From NCBI GenBank assembly GCA_964016885.1, contig CAXHJY010000270.1, positions 1 through 64,000 of the forward strand: a stretch of DNA of 64,000 nucleotides, read 5' to 3'. This document shows, in pieces, positions 29,702 to 45,872 of this stretch. Source of the DNA: Eledone cirrhosa. Lineage: Eukaryota. How positions within the stretch are numbered: the first letter of the stretch is position 1; every line of letters begins with the position of its first letter. The notes beneath the pieces are model-generated. The model did not search any database. It had not been told where the DNA came from and was given only the letters and a program-made list of their open reading frames with translations. The translations under genes and the position numbers were made by a program.

Positions 29702-29864
29702 AATTAAAACAACAAGAAGTATTATCGGCCAATACAAGCCGAAAACTCCGAAGAATATGGAGTGTACATACACTAAAGTATTGCAATATTATGGGTAAAC
29801 ATATAGAATAAAAATCACTAAGGAGGTGTATAACATTTAGAACCATATTACAAATATAGTCCAA

Positions 29865-29899
<35 letters not shown>

Positions 29900-30182
29900 G
29901 GTTATGCACGAGTGCATTAATGTTTTCCAGGACACAGTGTTATGTACCGTGTAGTGGAATGTCAGCTTACAATAGAGTGGTGCTCAACGAAATGCAGAAA
30001 AAAGGTGTATCGATCCCATATCATCTCTGATGATATGGGATCGATTGTGCATTGGATATCGAATGCTCTACTAAATACATAATATTATAGATGTAGCGAG
30101 ATCTAGGCAAATTGATGTCTATTGAGACGTACGTAAGAACCGAATAAATCTCTTTTACTGCATCTTTCTGTTCTTTTTAATT

Positions 30183-30236
<54 letters not shown>

Positions 30237-31672
30237 TTGTGTTACTAAGTGTCAATACCAAGGACGTCTGTTTGACGTGACACTTTAAAAAACAAACACC
30301 GGCGTAATTACGGTGACATAATATTAATTACACCGCTTATTGTTTTAACGTCTTTTTACCTATCACCATGTGGATGTAGTTTTACACTGAAAAAATGGAT
30401 GAATGTTTATTCTTGGCGTGAATTACTGTAAGTACATGACTCAATGATATCTATAAATGTATGCTACCATGGGTAATATCACTAAATATGCCTACAGCCA
30501 TGTTTATTAATCCACGTAATTCAAATATTGTTATATTCGTTATGTGTGGAATTAGCCACACGATTAGCGACATGGAGTGATGACCCTTTATGTTCTGAGT
30601 TCAAACCGCACAGAGGTTAATTTGCCTTTCATCCTTGCGGGGATCGATAAAATAAAGTACCAGTGATGCACTGGGGTCGATCTAATCGACTTGTCCCTCT
30701 CCCAAAATAGCTAATCTTGTGCTTGCATCAGAAACCATTATTTTCCCTATGTTTGGTGACTGTCAATTATATTTAATGTCTCTCTAACAATATTTTACTT
30801 CCAATATCAGGCTTTCCTGCTCAAAGCTTAAATAAATTGTTTCTTATATAGGCACAAGGCCAGCAATTTTGGGGGTAGGGGAAAGTCGATTAAATCGACA
30901 CAGTGCGTGACTGGTATTTTATTTTATCGAGTCCCGTAAGGATGAAAGGCAAAGTTAACCTCGGCGGGATTGATAATAATTGTTTCTACTTTAGGCACAA
31001 GGCCAGCAAATACTCAGTTCATTACTGGTACTTTATTTTATCGACCCCCGTAAAGATGAAAGGCAAAGTCAACCTATAATGAGTAGAAACTTGGTGTATA
31101 CATAACCGTATGTGTTTGACAGCGGAGGGAATAGAGTTTAAATATTTCTTTTATTAAGGCTAAAAAGGGAGTCTTCTAACTGTTTATCTGATAAACAGGC
31201 GAAACTCCAGAATAACAAAACTTTTTAGCATCATTAAAATAAATATAGACATTTAGTTCATGATTGACTCAGGATTTACAAATGTAAATTTTACACGTTT
31301 GGAGTCTGATGGTCTTGTCTAGTAGATGATTTGTTTATTACTGGCTTTGTTTTCCAAGTGCATTGTTTACGCATGGGGTATTCGATGTTTGCTTGTGTTT
31401 GTTCTATATATGTATATAGTTAGACCTGCCAACCTCTAAAAACCCAAGCGGGGAATACCATGAAATAAAGTGCCCCAAAACGGGGAGAAATGAGGCAAAA
31501 TGAGAAGATTTTACATAATGTAAGCTATACCCATTTTCACAATAGAAGACATCAAAGTGGGTGGGAGATCTCTCCGTCGGTTGGGGACTGTTGACAGGTC
31601 TGTATAGTATATATATATATATATTATGAAAGTAAAACAAAGAAGCCTTCAATACATCAAAAGTCTTTATTA

Positions 31673-31710
31673 GCCAACAATGTTTCGTCCTATTAAGGAC
31701 TCATCAGGGC
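31673..31710 (-). ncRNA. Minimal type I hammerhead, array unit 3
   Basis: Identical to unit 2. Confidence 0.85.
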
Positions 31711-32187
31711 AATTAAAACAACAAGAAGTATTATCGGCCAATACAAGCTGAAAACTCCGAAGAATATGGAGTGTACATACACTAAAGTATTGCAATATTA
31801 TGGGTAAACATATATAATAAAAATCACTAAGGAGGTGTATAACATTTAGAACCATATTACAAATATAGTCCAAAACATATATATATATATATATATATAA
31901 TTGGTTATGCACGAGTGCATTAATGTTTTCCAGGACACAGTGTTATGTACCGTGTAGTGGAATGTCAGCTTACAACAGAGTGGTGCTCAACGAAATGCAG
32001 AAAAAGGTGTATCGATCCCATATCATCTCTGATGATATGGGATCGATTGTGCATTGGATATCGAATGCTCTACTAAATATATAATATTATAGATGTAGCG
32101 AGATCTAGGCAAATTGATGTCTATTGAGACGTACGTAAGAACCGAATAAATCTCTTTTACTGCATCTTTCTGTTCTTTTTAATTCTT

Positions 32188-32224
<37 letters not shown>

Positions 32225-33582
32225 GGTTGTGTTACTAAGTGTCAATACCAAGGACGTCTGTTTGACGTGACACTTGAAAAAACAAACACCGGCATTAATT
32301 ACGGTGACATAATATTAATTACACCGCTTATTGTTTTAACGTCTTTTTACCTATCACCATGTGGATGTAGTTTTACACTGAAAAAATGGATGAATGTTTA
32401 TTCTTGGCGTGAATTACTGTAAGTACATGACTCAATGATATCTATAAATGTATGCTACCATGGGTAATATCACTAAATATGCCTACAACCATGTTTATTA
32501 ATCCACGTAATTCAAATATTGTTATATTCGTTATGTGTGGAATTAGCCACACGATTAGCGACATGGAGTGATGACCCTTTATGTTCTGAGTTCAAACCGC
32601 ACAGGGGTTAATTTGCCTTTCATCCTTGCGGATCGATAAAATAAAGTACCAGTTATTCACGGGAGTCGATTTAATCGACTTGCCCGTCTCCCAAAATAGC
32701 TAATCTTGTGCTTGCATCAGAAACCATTATTTTCCCTGTTTGGTGACTGTCAATTATATTTAATGTCTCTCTAACAATATTTTACTTACAATATCAGGCT
32801 TTCCTGCTCAAAGCTTAATTAAATTGTTTCTTGTATAGGCACAAGGCCAGCAATTTTGGGGGTAGGGGAAAGTCGATTAAATCGAACCAGTGCGTGACTG
32901 GTATTTTATTTTATCGACCCCGTTAAGGATGAAAGGCAAAGTTAACCTCGGCGGGATTGATAATAATTGTTTCTACTTTAGGCACAAGGCCAGCAATCCC
33001 AGTTCATTACTGGTACTTTATTTTATCGACCCCGTAAGGATGAAAGGCAAGGTCAACCTATAATGAGTAGAAACTTGGTGTATACATAACCGTATGTGTT
33101 TGACAGCGGAGGGAATAGAGTTTAAATATTCCTTTTATTAAGGCTAAAAAGTGAGTCTTCTAACTGTTTATCTGATAAACAGACGACACTCCAGAATAAC
33201 AAAACATTTTAGCATCATTAAAATAAATATAGACATTTAGTTCATGATTGACTCAGGATTTACAAATGTAAATTTTACACGTTTGGAGTCCGATGGTCTT
33301 GTCTAGTAGATGATTTGTTTATTACTGGCTTTGTTTTCCAAGTGCATTGTTTACGCATGGGGTATTCGATGTTTACTTGTGTTTGTTCTATATATGTATA
33401 TAGTTAGACCTGCCAACCTCTAAAAACCCAAACGGGGAATACCACGAAATAAAGTGCCCCAAAACGGGGAGAAATGAGGCAAAATGAGAAGATTTTACAT
33501 AATGTAAGCTATACCCATTTTCACAATAGAAGACATCAAAGTGGGTGGGAGATCTCTCCGTCGGTTGGGGACAGTTGACAGG

Positions 33583-33648
<66 letters not shown>

Positions 33649-33693
33649 GAAAGTAAAACAAAGAAGCCTTCAATACATCAAAAGTCTTTATTA

Positions 33694-33731
33694 GCCAACA
33701 ATGTTTCGTCCTATTAAGGACTCATCAGGGC
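33694..33731 (-). ncRNA. Minimal type I hammerhead, array unit 4
   Basis: Identical to unit 2. Confidence 0.85.
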
Positions 33732-34201
33732 AATTAAAACAACAAGAAGTATTATCGGCCAATACAAGCCGAAAACTCCGAAGAATATGGAGTGTACATA
33801 CACTAAAGTATTGCAATATTATGGGTAAACATATATAATAAAAATCACTAAGGAGGTGTATAACATTTAGAACCATATTATACATATAGTCCAAAACATA
33901 TATATATATATATATAATTGGTTATGCACGAGTGCATTAATGTTTTCCAGGACACAGTGTTATGTACCGTGTAGTGGAATGTCAGCTTACAACAGAGTGG
34001 TGCTCAACGAAATGCAGAAAAAGGTGTATCGATCCCATATCATCTCTGATGATATGGGATCGATTGTGCATTGGATATCGAATGCTCTACTAAATATATA
34101 ATATTATAGATGTAGCGAGATCTAGGCAAATTGATGTCTATCGAGACGTACGTAAGAACCGAATAAATCTCTTTTACTGCATCTTTCTGTTCTTTTTAAT
34201 T

Positions 34202-34263
<62 letters not shown>

Positions 34264-35626
34264 TCGTGTTACTAAGTGTCAATACCAAGGACGTCTGTTT
34301 GACGTGACACTTTAAAAAACAAACACCGGCGTTAATTACGGTGACATAATATTAATTACACCGCTTATTGTTTTAACGTCTTTTTACGTATCACCATGTG
34401 GATGTAGTTTTACACTGAAAAAATGGATGAATGTTTATTCTTGGCGTGAATTACTGTAAGTACATGACTCAATGATATCTATAAATGTATGCTACCATGG
34501 GTAATATCACTAAATATGCCTACAGCCATGTTTATTAATCCACGTAATTCAAATATTGTTATATTCGTTATGTGTGGAATTAGCCACACGATTAGCGACA
34601 TGGAGTGATGACCCTTTATGTTCTGAGGTCAAACCGCACAGAGGTTAATTTGCCTTTCATCCTTGCAGGGATCGATAAAATAAAGTACCAGTCATGAACT
34701 GGGGTCGATTTAATCGACTTGCCCCTCTCCCAAAATAGCTAACCTTGTGCTTGCATCAGAAACCATTATTTTCCCTATGTTTGGTGACTGTCAATTATAT
34801 TTAATGTCTCTCTAACAATATTTTACTTCCAATATCAGGCTTTCCTGCTCAAAGCTTAAATAAATTGTTTCTTATATAGGCACAAGGCCAGCAATTTTGG
34901 GGGTAGGGGAAAGTCGATTAAATCGACACAGTGCGTGACTGGTATTTTATTTTATCGATCCCCTTAAGGATGAAAGGCAAAGTTAACCTCGGCGGGATTG
35001 ATAATAATTGTTTCTACTTTAGGCACAAGGCCAGCAAATACTCAGTTCATTACTGGTACTTTATTTTATCGACCCCCGTAAGGATGAAAGGCAAAGTCAA
35101 CCTATAATGAGTAGAAACTTGGTGTATACATAACCGTATGTGTTTGACAGCGGAGGGAATAGAGTTTAAATATTCTTTTTATTAAGGCTAAAAAGTGAGT
35201 CTTCTAACTGTTTATCTGATAAACAGGCGAAACTCCAGAATAACAAAACTTTTTAGCATCATTAAAATAAATATAGACATTTAGTTCATGATTGACTCAG
35301 GATTTACAAATGTAAATTTTACACGTTTGGAGTCCGATGGTCTTGTCTAGTAGATGATTTGTTTATTACTGGCTTTGTTTTCCAAGTGCATTGTTTACGC
35401 ATGGGGTATTCGATGTTTACTTGTGTTTGTTCTATATATGTATATAGTTAGACCTGCCAACCTCTAAAAACCCAAACGGGGAATACCACGAAATAAAGTG
35501 CCCCAAAACGGGGAGAAATGAGGCAAAATGAGAAGATTTTACATAATGTAAGCTATACCCATTTTCACAATAGAAGACATCAAAGTGGGTGGGAGATCTC
35601 TCCGTCGGTTGGGGACAGTTGACAGG

Positions 35627-35688
<62 letters not shown>

Positions 35689-35733
35689 GAAAGTAAAACA
35701 AAGAAGCCTTCAATACATCAAAAGTCTTTATTA

Positions 35734-35771
35734 GCCAACAATGTTTCGTCCTATTAAGGACTCATCAGGGC
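35734..35771 (-). ncRNA. Minimal type I hammerhead, array unit 5
   Basis: Identical to unit 2. Confidence 0.85.
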
Positions 35772-35935
35772 AATTAAAACAACAAGAAGTATTATCGGCC
35801 AATACAAGCCGAAAACTCCGAAGAATATGGAGTGTACATACACTAAAGTATTGCAATATTATGGGTAAACATATATAATAAAAATCACTAAGGAGGTGTA
35901 TAACATTTAGAACCATATTACAAATATAGTCCAAA

Positions 35936-35966
<31 letters not shown>

Positions 35967-36250
35967 TGGTTATGCACGAGTGCATTAATGTTTTCCAGGA
36001 CACAGTGTTATGTACCGTGTAGTGGAATGTCAGCTTACAACAGAGTGGTGCTCAACGAAATGCAGAAAAAAGGTGTATCGATCCCATATCATCTCTGATG
36101 ATATGGGATCGATTGTGCATTGGATATCGAATGCTCTACTAAATATATAATATTATAGATGTAGCGAGATCTAGGCAAATTGATGTCTATTGAGACGTAC
36201 GTAAGAACCGAATAAATCTCTTTTACTGCATCTTTCTGTTCTTTTTAATT

Positions 36251-36314
<64 letters not shown>

Positions 36315-37196
36315 TTGTGTTACTAAGTGTCAATACCAAGGACGTCTGTTTGACGTGACACTTTAAAAAACAAACACCGGCGTTAATTACGGTGACATAA
36401 TATTAATTACACCGCTTATTGTTTTAACGTCTTTTTACCTATCACCATGTGGATGTTGTTTTACACTGAAAAAATGGATGAATGTTTATTCTTGGCGTGA
36501 ATTACTGTAAGTACATGACTCAATGATATCTATAAATGTATGCTACCATGGGTAATATCACTAAATATGCCTACAACCATGTTTATTAATCCACGTAATT
36601 CAAATATTGTTATATTCGTTGTGTGTGGAATTAGCCACACGATTAGCGACATGGAGTGATGGCCCTTTATGTTCTGAGTTCAAACCGCACAGAGGTTAAT
36701 TTGCCTTTCATCCTTGCGGGGATCGATAAAATAAAGTACCAGTGATGCACTGGGGTCGATTTAATCGACTTGTTCCTCTCCCAAAATAACTAATCTTGTG
36801 CTTGCATCAGAAACCATTATTTTCGCTATGTTTGGTGACTGTCAATTATATTTAATGTCTCTCTAACAATATTTTACTTCCAATATCAGGCTTTCCTGCT
36901 CAAAGCTTAAATAAATTGTTTCTTATATAGGCACAAGGCCAGCAATTTTGGGGGTAGGGGAAAGTCGATTAAATCGACACAGTGCGTGACTGATATTTTA
37001 TTTTATCGACCCCCTTAAGGATGAAAGGCAAAGTTAACCTCGGCGGAATTTTAACTCGGACCATAAAGGGCCGTAAATCTATGCTGCAAAGCATGGTGTC
37101 TGACTCTGTACTGATACATCCAATCCACCGCCTTCAAAGCTTAAATTAATGTTGTTTTCCATCACGCTTTCCTTCGATATTCTGAACGCTTCACTG

Positions 37197-37396
37197 CAGA
37201 CCTGCCAATCTCTAAACACCCAAACGGGGAGTACCACCATGAAAATAAATTGCCCCCAAACGGGGTGAAATGAGGCAAAATAGGGAGATTTTACGTAATT
37301 AAAGCTGTACACATTTTCACAAAAGAAGACATCTCTCGCCCTCCCCAAAGTGGGAGGGAGATCTCCCCCATCCGTCAGGGACAGTTGACAGGTCTG
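37197..37396. mobile_element. Independent, diverged copy of the 6-bp-TSD MITE
   Basis: CAGACCTGCCAAT...GTTGACAGGTCTG flanked by TCACTG and TGACTG. Confidence 0.78.
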
Positions 37397-37761
37397 TGAC
37401 TGTGTATTAACATAAAGGGACCAAGTGACCCACCTAATTATTACATATTTCCTGACGACATTAGAAGAACTATTTGTGCCATAGAACTAATTAAATGATT
37501 AATTAGTTCATTTGATTTATAATATATCTCTTCTAATCCCAACGGTCGTAGAAAGAAATGGTTTGAACTGAGAAACTTTGGCGTTCCTTCAGAATTGAAT
37601 ATCTCACTTTCTTATTCGGCGTCAACTATCAGTACTCTACCCCAAGGATCACAAACTGGATAAAACCCTAGATTTTGATTCCTGCATGATTTGACCTGAA
37701 TATCGCATTGTAAAAATACGAATGCATTTATTCACTTAAAATGACTCCCAAATAATATATA

Positions 37762-38169
37762 CAGAGTGTCCAATAAAATATATACACACTTTGAATACCT
37801 GTACAAGCATTATTTATTATTAAAGGGCGGTGGATTGTCAGTATCGGTAGAGAGTCGGACGCCATGCTTTCCAACATAGTTACGTCCCTTTGCGGTCTGA
37901 GTTCAAATCCCGCCGAGGTTAACTTTGCCTTTCATCCTTACGGGGTCGATAAAATAAAGTACCAGTAATGTACTGGGTAATTGCTGGCCTTGTGCCAAAA
38001 GTAGAAACAATTATTTATCATTAAATGTAAAATGAACTACAGACATAATTCAATTATATGTAAACACCCAATAATGTTTCCATAATTTAAATAATGCACA
38101 TAAAACAGAATTTATATTAATACATCTTTTAAAAGATTTTGTTGTGTATACATTTTTCGGATTATACTG
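37762..38169. mobile_element. Decayed Tc1/mariner-like MITE with a nested SINE
   Basis: TA-CAGAGTGTCCAATAAAATATATACAC and imperfect inverse GTGTATACATTTTTCGGATTATACTG. Confidence 0.45.
37824..38012 (+). mobile_element. tRNA-derived SINE, near full length
   Basis: A-box-like TGTCAGTATCGGTAG, B-box GAGTTCAAATCCC, conserved body and 3' end. Confidence 0.88.
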
Positions 38170-38436
38170 TGTATACATAACCACATACACACACACATAC
38201 ACACACACAGATATATATATATATATATATTTTAAAAAAACACTAATATATAATGGGTAAAATTAATTATTTCAGTAATTCAATTTCTTTGCTCTATATC
38301 TGACTCTAACATCTTCCAGTATTGAGCACTAATTCTATTTATGACATAAAAGATTGCCATCACTTTCTGCTGATACATACGATAATTGTATAGAAAAGCT
38401 GTCACATATACTGCAGTATGAAGCTGATTAAACTAT

Positions 38437-38467
<31 letters not shown>

Positions 38468-38507
38468 CACGTACATGCATACATACATATATATATATGC
38501 GTACATG

Positions 38508-38545
<38 letters not shown>

Positions 38546-38647
38546 GCTGTGTGTGTGTGAGTACTATATATATATATATATATTTATAGCTGTGTGTGTG
38601 TGAGTACTATATATATATATATAAATATATTTATAGCTGTGTGTGTG

Positions 38648-38685
<38 letters not shown>

Positions 38686-39932
38686 CATAGATATATTTCA
38701 TCTATCTATCTATCTATCGATCATTATATATATATATACACATGTAAGCATATGAGACACACACACATATACACACATATATATATCTTATTCAGTGTAA
38801 AACCTATCTGATTGTCTAGGCATTAATTAAACGCCTTCTGTTAAATAATCGAGATAAGGAAAGGAAGCGTAGAGAACGTGAGAGAGTGGAGAGAGAGATA
38901 GGTCAATGAGAGGGGGGGAAACTATAGATAATGAGCCAAAAGAGAATGGGAGAGAAATCAATATTGTTTTATTGTACAACTGCAGTAACAACCTCCATCA
39001 CCCTCCCCCGTCACTTCAATAGACATTTAATTCATAATAATCTTCATTCTGTCTGCCTACCTCTAAATCCTACAATATCTACACAGGATTTCGGAAGATG
39101 AAAACAAAATTGGAACCATTTTGTTTATTTGACAAAATTTCTTCGCCTGTTCTTGTACAGTTTATGATATTTATTTGATCGATAAATCTTTGTCTAACCG
39201 TTAAGTTATGGGATTGAACGAAATCCAGATACACACACAGACACACACAGAGACACACATACACACACACATACACTACTATTTTGACTCTAAACTCCGC
39301 CAGTTGCAGACGCGCACCAACATGAGATATTTTTCTCCACAAAGTTCGATCACGAGCAACAGAATTTAAAGAGCAAAGATCAAGTCCAGTCCATAAGTTG
39401 ACATTATCAAACCATCGTTTTGGCTACTGGCCTCTGCTTCCCTTACTAGCCACCTTTCCTTCCAGGCATAACCTACTCACACCACGAGTTGATCTTTTTA
39501 TATGACCGTATATATACAATTGTATATATATATAGGCACAATGCAATTCTATGTTTAGTTGTCACAGCTTAATTGCTAGAAGTTACCGTTTTCTCTCTCC
39601 TCTTTTACTCCACTGGACGGCGCTTTGGCTTCTGTTAGACGTTGTTACGTCGAGTGGTACCATTAGAGTTAAAACTGCAAAAGTCCATCTCAACGGCAGA
39701 CAAACCCGTAGAACCGTGTCTTTCGTTTGTAATATTAAAAAAAAAATATATATATTTAAGACGTAAAAAAATTGTTTTTCGTTTTGCTTTCTTTTCGTTC
39801 GTTGTCCTGTTTTTGTTGATTCTTCTAAGTTTAAGAGATGTCAACATGAATGGACCTATTATTTTTATCTAAAGACATTTTTTTCCAATTCCATCCCGCC
39901 CGTCCCCTTAATCTATTTTATTTCTCATTCTT

Positions 39933-39968
39933 TCTTCTGACGAAGGACTAGCGTCCGAAACGTTAAGA
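39933..39968 (+). ncRNA. Minimal type I hammerhead
   Basis: TCTT CTGACGA A GGAC-tagc-GTCC GAAA CG TT AAGA; lies in a ~520-bp module between TA tracts. Confidence 0.82.
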
Positions 39969-40149
39969 CACTCTTCCTGCTATTTCGAGCGTTAACCTAA
40001 TATTTACCTTCCATATACTGTACCGATTGTGTTGTTAGTTCTGTTTACCTTTTACATATATACTCTTTTACTCTTTTACCTGTTTCAGCCATCCGGCTGA
40101 GGCCATGCTGGGGCACCGCCCTTGTATATATATATATATATATATAATA

Positions 40150-40306
40150 ATTGTTTCTACTTTTGGCACAAGGCCAGCAATTATCTCAGTGCATTACTGG
40201 TACTTTAATTTATCGACCCCGTAAGGATGAAAGGCAAAGTTAACCTCGGCGGGATTTGAACTCAGAATGGCAAAGCGTGGCGTCCGACCCTCTACCGATA
40301 CTGCCA
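40150..40306 (-). mobile_element. tRNA-derived SINE with internal deletion
   Basis: Reverse complement of the 37824 family. Confidence 0.85.
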
Positions 40307-40448
40307 GGTTGACGGACCCAGCATATGTATCAATGCTAGGACCGGATGTATCTCAGCGAACTCAATAGGTAATGTAAGGTACACTCCCAGAGTATACATA
40401 TAGCTTTCGCGTCAATACAACACACGTAAACGGTGGCCTATAGTAGCT

Positions 40449-40556
40449 CCCGGACTGGAGTTTCGGCCACACTTAATGCAGAAGTGGGGTGCATCGCACC
40501 CTCTGTTTGCATATATGCAACAATGCATAATCGGCGCATGTGTCTTCATCAGCGGG
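40449..40556 (-). ncRNA. Type I hammerhead with expanded stem II domain
   Basis: Minus strand: CCCG CTGATGA AGaCACAT..(long insert)..GTGTGgcC GAAA CT-cc-AG TC CGGG. Confidence 0.7.
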
Positions 40557-40576
40557 TTTCGCCTAATAAATAACCA

Positions 40577-43127
40577 ATCTAACACACACACATCTAACAC
40601 ACACACACATCTAACAGACACATCTAACACAGACACACACATCTAACACAGACACACATCTAACACACACATCTAACACACATACACACATGTAACACAC
40701 ACACATCTAACACACATACACACATGTAACACACACATATCTAACACAGACACACACATGTAACACACACATATAATACAGACACACACATCTAACACAC
40801 ACATCTAACACACACACACATCTAACACACACACACATCTAACACACACACACATCTAACGCATACACACATCTAACACACACACACATCTAACACACAC
40901 ACACATCTAACACACACATCTAAAACACCCACATATAACACACACATCTAACACACACACATATAATAGACACACACATCTAATACACACACACATCTAA
41001 CAGACACACATCTAACACAGACACACATCAAACACACACATCTAACACAGACACGCGTCTAACACAGATACACACATTTAACACACACACACATTTAACA
41101 CACACACACATCTAACACACACACACATCTAACACACACCTATAACACAGACATATCTAAGGCAGACACACACATCTAATACAGACACACACACTTCTAA
41201 CACACACACATCTAACACACACACATCTAACACAGACACACAGATCTAACACAGACACACACATCTAACACACACATATCTAACACACACACACAAACAT
41301 CTAACACACATGTCTACCACAGACACCCACATCTAACACACACACACATGTAACACACACACATCTAAATCACACACATCTAACACAGACACATCTAACA
41401 CAGATGCACACATCTAACACACACAATCTAACACACACATATAACAGAGACACACATCTAACACAGACACACACATCTAACACACACATCTAACACACAC
41501 ATATAACACAGACACATCTAATGCAGACACACTCATGTAATACAGACACCTCTAACACAGACACACACATCTAACACGACACACTCACTTCTAACACACA
41601 CACATCTAACACAAACACAAACACACAGATCTAACACATCTAACACACACATATCTAACACAGACACACACACATCTAACACACACACATCTAACACACA
41701 CATATAACACAGACACATCTAATGCAGACACAGATGCAATACAGACACCTCTAACACACACACACACACATCTAACAGACACACTCACTTCTAACACAGA
41801 CACATCTAACACAAACACAGACACACAGATCTAACACACACATATCTAACACAGACACACACACATCTAACACACACAAACATCTAACACACATATCTAA
41901 CACAGACACACCTAACACAGATGCACGCATCTAACACACACACACATCTAACACACACATATAACACACACACACATCTAAGACATACACATCTAACACA
42001 GACACACATCTAACACAGACACACATCTAACACACACACATCTAACACAGACACACATATCTAACATAGACACACACATCTAACACAGACACACATCTAC
42101 CACACACACACACACATCTAACACAGATATCCACATCTAACACAGACACACACATCTAACATAAATACACACATCTAACACACATCTAACACAGACACAC
42201 ATGTCTAACCCACACACATCTAACACACACACATCTAACACAGACACACACACATACATCTAACACAGACACAGATACCCACATATAACACACACATCTA
42301 ACACACACACACATCTAACACTTACACACATCTAACACAGACAGATACCCACATATAACACACACATCTAACACACACACACATCTAACACTTACACACA
42401 TCTAACACTTACACACATCTAATACACACATCTAATACACACATCTAATACACACATCTAATACACACATCTAATACACACATCTAACATCCACATCTAA
42501 CATAGCCACACACATCTAACACAGACACATCTAACGCACACACATCTAACACACACACATCTAACACACACACATCTAACACACACACATCTAACACACA
42601 CACATCTAACACACACATCTAACACACACATCTAACATACACACATCTAACAGAGACACACACATCTAACACACACACACACATCTAACACATACACACA
42701 CATGTAACACACACACACACACATCTAACACAGACACACATCTAACACACACAGACACACACATCTAACACAGACACACATCTAACACACACACACACAC
42801 ATCTAACACAGAGACATTTAACACAGACACACACATCTAACACACATATCTAACACACACACATCTAACACACACACATCTAACATAGACACACACATCT
42901 AACACAGACACATCTAACACACACACACATCTAACACACACACATATAACACACACACATATAACACACACACATCTAATACACACACATCTAACACTCA
43001 CACGTCTAACACAGACTCACACATCTAACACATACACACACATCTAACACAGACACATGTCTAACACTCGCACATAACACACACACATCTAACACACACA
43101 CACATCTAACACACACACATGTAACAC
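40577..43127. repeat. CA-rich degenerate minisatellite (CATCTAACACACACA-like, 12-18 bp)
   Basis: TCTAAC recurs among CA runs over 2.5 kb. Confidence 0.96.
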
Positions 43128-43157
43128 AGTGGTGCTGGTTGTAGTTTTGGTGTTGTT

Positions 43158-44688
43158 GCCATATATATAACAAGATAGCCATATATATAACAAGATGGCC
43201 ATATATATAACAAGATGTTATATATATGGCTATCTTGTTATATATATGGCCAAGATAGCCATATATATAACAAGATGGCCATATATATAACAAGATGGCC
43301 ATATATATAACAAGATGGCCATATATATAACAAGATGGCCATATATATAACAAGATGGCCATATATATAACAAGATGGCCATATATATAACAAGATGGCC
43401 ATATATATAACAAGATAGCCATATATATAACAAGATGGCCATATATATAACAAGATGGCCATATATATAACAAGATAGCCATATATATAACAAGATAGCC
43501 ATATATATAACAAGATGGCCATATATATAACAAGATGGCCATATATATAACAAGATAGCCATATATATAACAAGATAGCCATATATATAACAAGATAGCC
43601 ATATATATAACAAGATGGCCATATATATAACAAGATGGCCATATATATAACAAGATGGCCATATATATAACAAGATGGCCATATATATAACAAGATGGCC
43701 ATATATATAACAAGATGGCCATATATATAACAAGATGGCCATATATATAACAAGATAGCCATATATATAACAAGATAGCCATACATATAACAAGATAGCC
43801 ATATATATAACAAGATGGTCATATATATAACAAGATGGCCATATATATAACAAGATAGCCATATATATAACAAGATAGCCATATATATAACAAGATGGCC
43901 ATATATATATAACAAGATAACCACATATATATAAGATAGCCATATATATAACAAGATGGCCATATATATATATAAGATAGCCATATATATAACATGATAG
44001 CCGTATATATATAACAAGATAGCCTTATATATAACAAGATGGCCATATATATAACACGATAGCCATATATATAACAAGATAGCCATATATATAACATGAT
44101 AGCCATATATATCACAAGATAGCCATATATATAACAAGATAGCCATATATATAGCAAGATAGCCATATATATATAACAAGATAGCCATATATATATAACA
44201 AGATAGCCATATATATATAACAAGATAGCCATATATATATAACAAGATAGCCATATTCATATAACAAGATAGCCACATATATATAACATGATAGCCATAT
44301 TTATATAACAAGATAGCCATATATATAACAAGATAGCCATATATATAACAAGATAGCCATATTTATAACAAGATAGCCATATTTATAACAAGATGGCCAT
44401 ATATATAACAAGCTGGCCATATATATAACAAGCTGGCCATATATATAACAAGCTGGCCATATATATATAACAAGATGATGGCCATATATATAACAAGATA
44501 GCCATATATATAACAAGATAGCCATATTTATATAACAAGATAGCCATATTTATATAACAAGATAGCCATATTTATATAACAAGATAGCCATATTTATATA
44601 ACAAGATAGCCATATTTATATAACAAGATAGCCATATTTATATAACAAAATAGCCATATATATAACAAGATGGCCATATATATAACAT
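43158..44688. repeat. 20-bp minisatellite (GCCATATATATAACAAGATR)n
   Basis: Perfect 20-bp periodicity at 43250-43900, decaying rightwards. Confidence 0.98.
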
Positions 44689-45046
44689 GTATATGCTAGA
44701 AATGATAGCCGATATAAGTTATCTCACTTCAGCAGATCTTACGATTAAACCAGAGATATATAGTCATGGGGCTATGTTGCACCACAGTTAATATTTCTGA
44801 TACAGTCTTCAGCCTGGTATTTTTCTATGTATATCAACAAAGTTGGGAGTTGGTCATAGGTTGTCTGCCCCTGTCAATCCGCCATTTTGTTGGCTGATAT
44901 AGCCTCAGATTTGAGGTTATTTCTTCATAATCAACACACACAATCACATATACGTCTGTGACACATGCGATTATGTTTAATGGTATACATATACATTTAT
45001 ATTTATATTTATATTTATACATATATATGTCACACACACACATACA

Positions 45047-45089
<43 letters not shown>

Positions 45090-45154
45090 TTGCGTGTGTG
45101 TGTGTAACACAGGATGGACATATACATGTGGTGATGGGGGTGTAGATGCTCCCC

Positions 45155-45790
45155 AACACACATATATACACACACATATACACACACACATATATACACA
45201 CACACATATACACACACACATATATACACACACACATATACACACACACATATACACACACACATATACACACACACATATACACACACATATATACACA
45301 CATATACACACACATATATACACACACATATATACACACATATACACACGCATATATACACATACACACACACATATACACACATATATACACACATATA
45401 CACACATATATATACACACATATACACACACACATATATACACACACACATATACACACACATATACACACACATATACACACACATATATACACACACA
45501 TTTATACACACATATATACACACATATACACACACACATATACACACACACATATATACACATACATATATACACACATATACACACACACATATATGCA
45601 CACACATATACACATATATACGCACACAATTATTATCTCACACATATACACACACATATACACACACACATACACACACACATACACATACATACACACA
45701 TATATACACACATACATATATACACACACATATACATACACACATATATATACACACACACATATACACATACACACACACACACACAGG
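45155..45790. repeat. (CA)/(TA) compound microsatellite
   Basis: Visible. Confidence 0.95.
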
Positions 45791-45872
45791 TATATAGTAG
45801 AACAGATATTCAGAAGACCTGCTAATAGAGTTATGGTTGATTAATGGAGCGGATAATTGATTTAGTGATATT

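Noticed and set aside
37824-37915. tRNA gene
   Set aside because: A/B-box-like head belongs to the multicopy SINE; no complete cloverleaf.
43158-44688. CRISPR-like regular repeat
   Set aside because: Contiguous units with no unique spacers, no cas genes, eukaryotic context.
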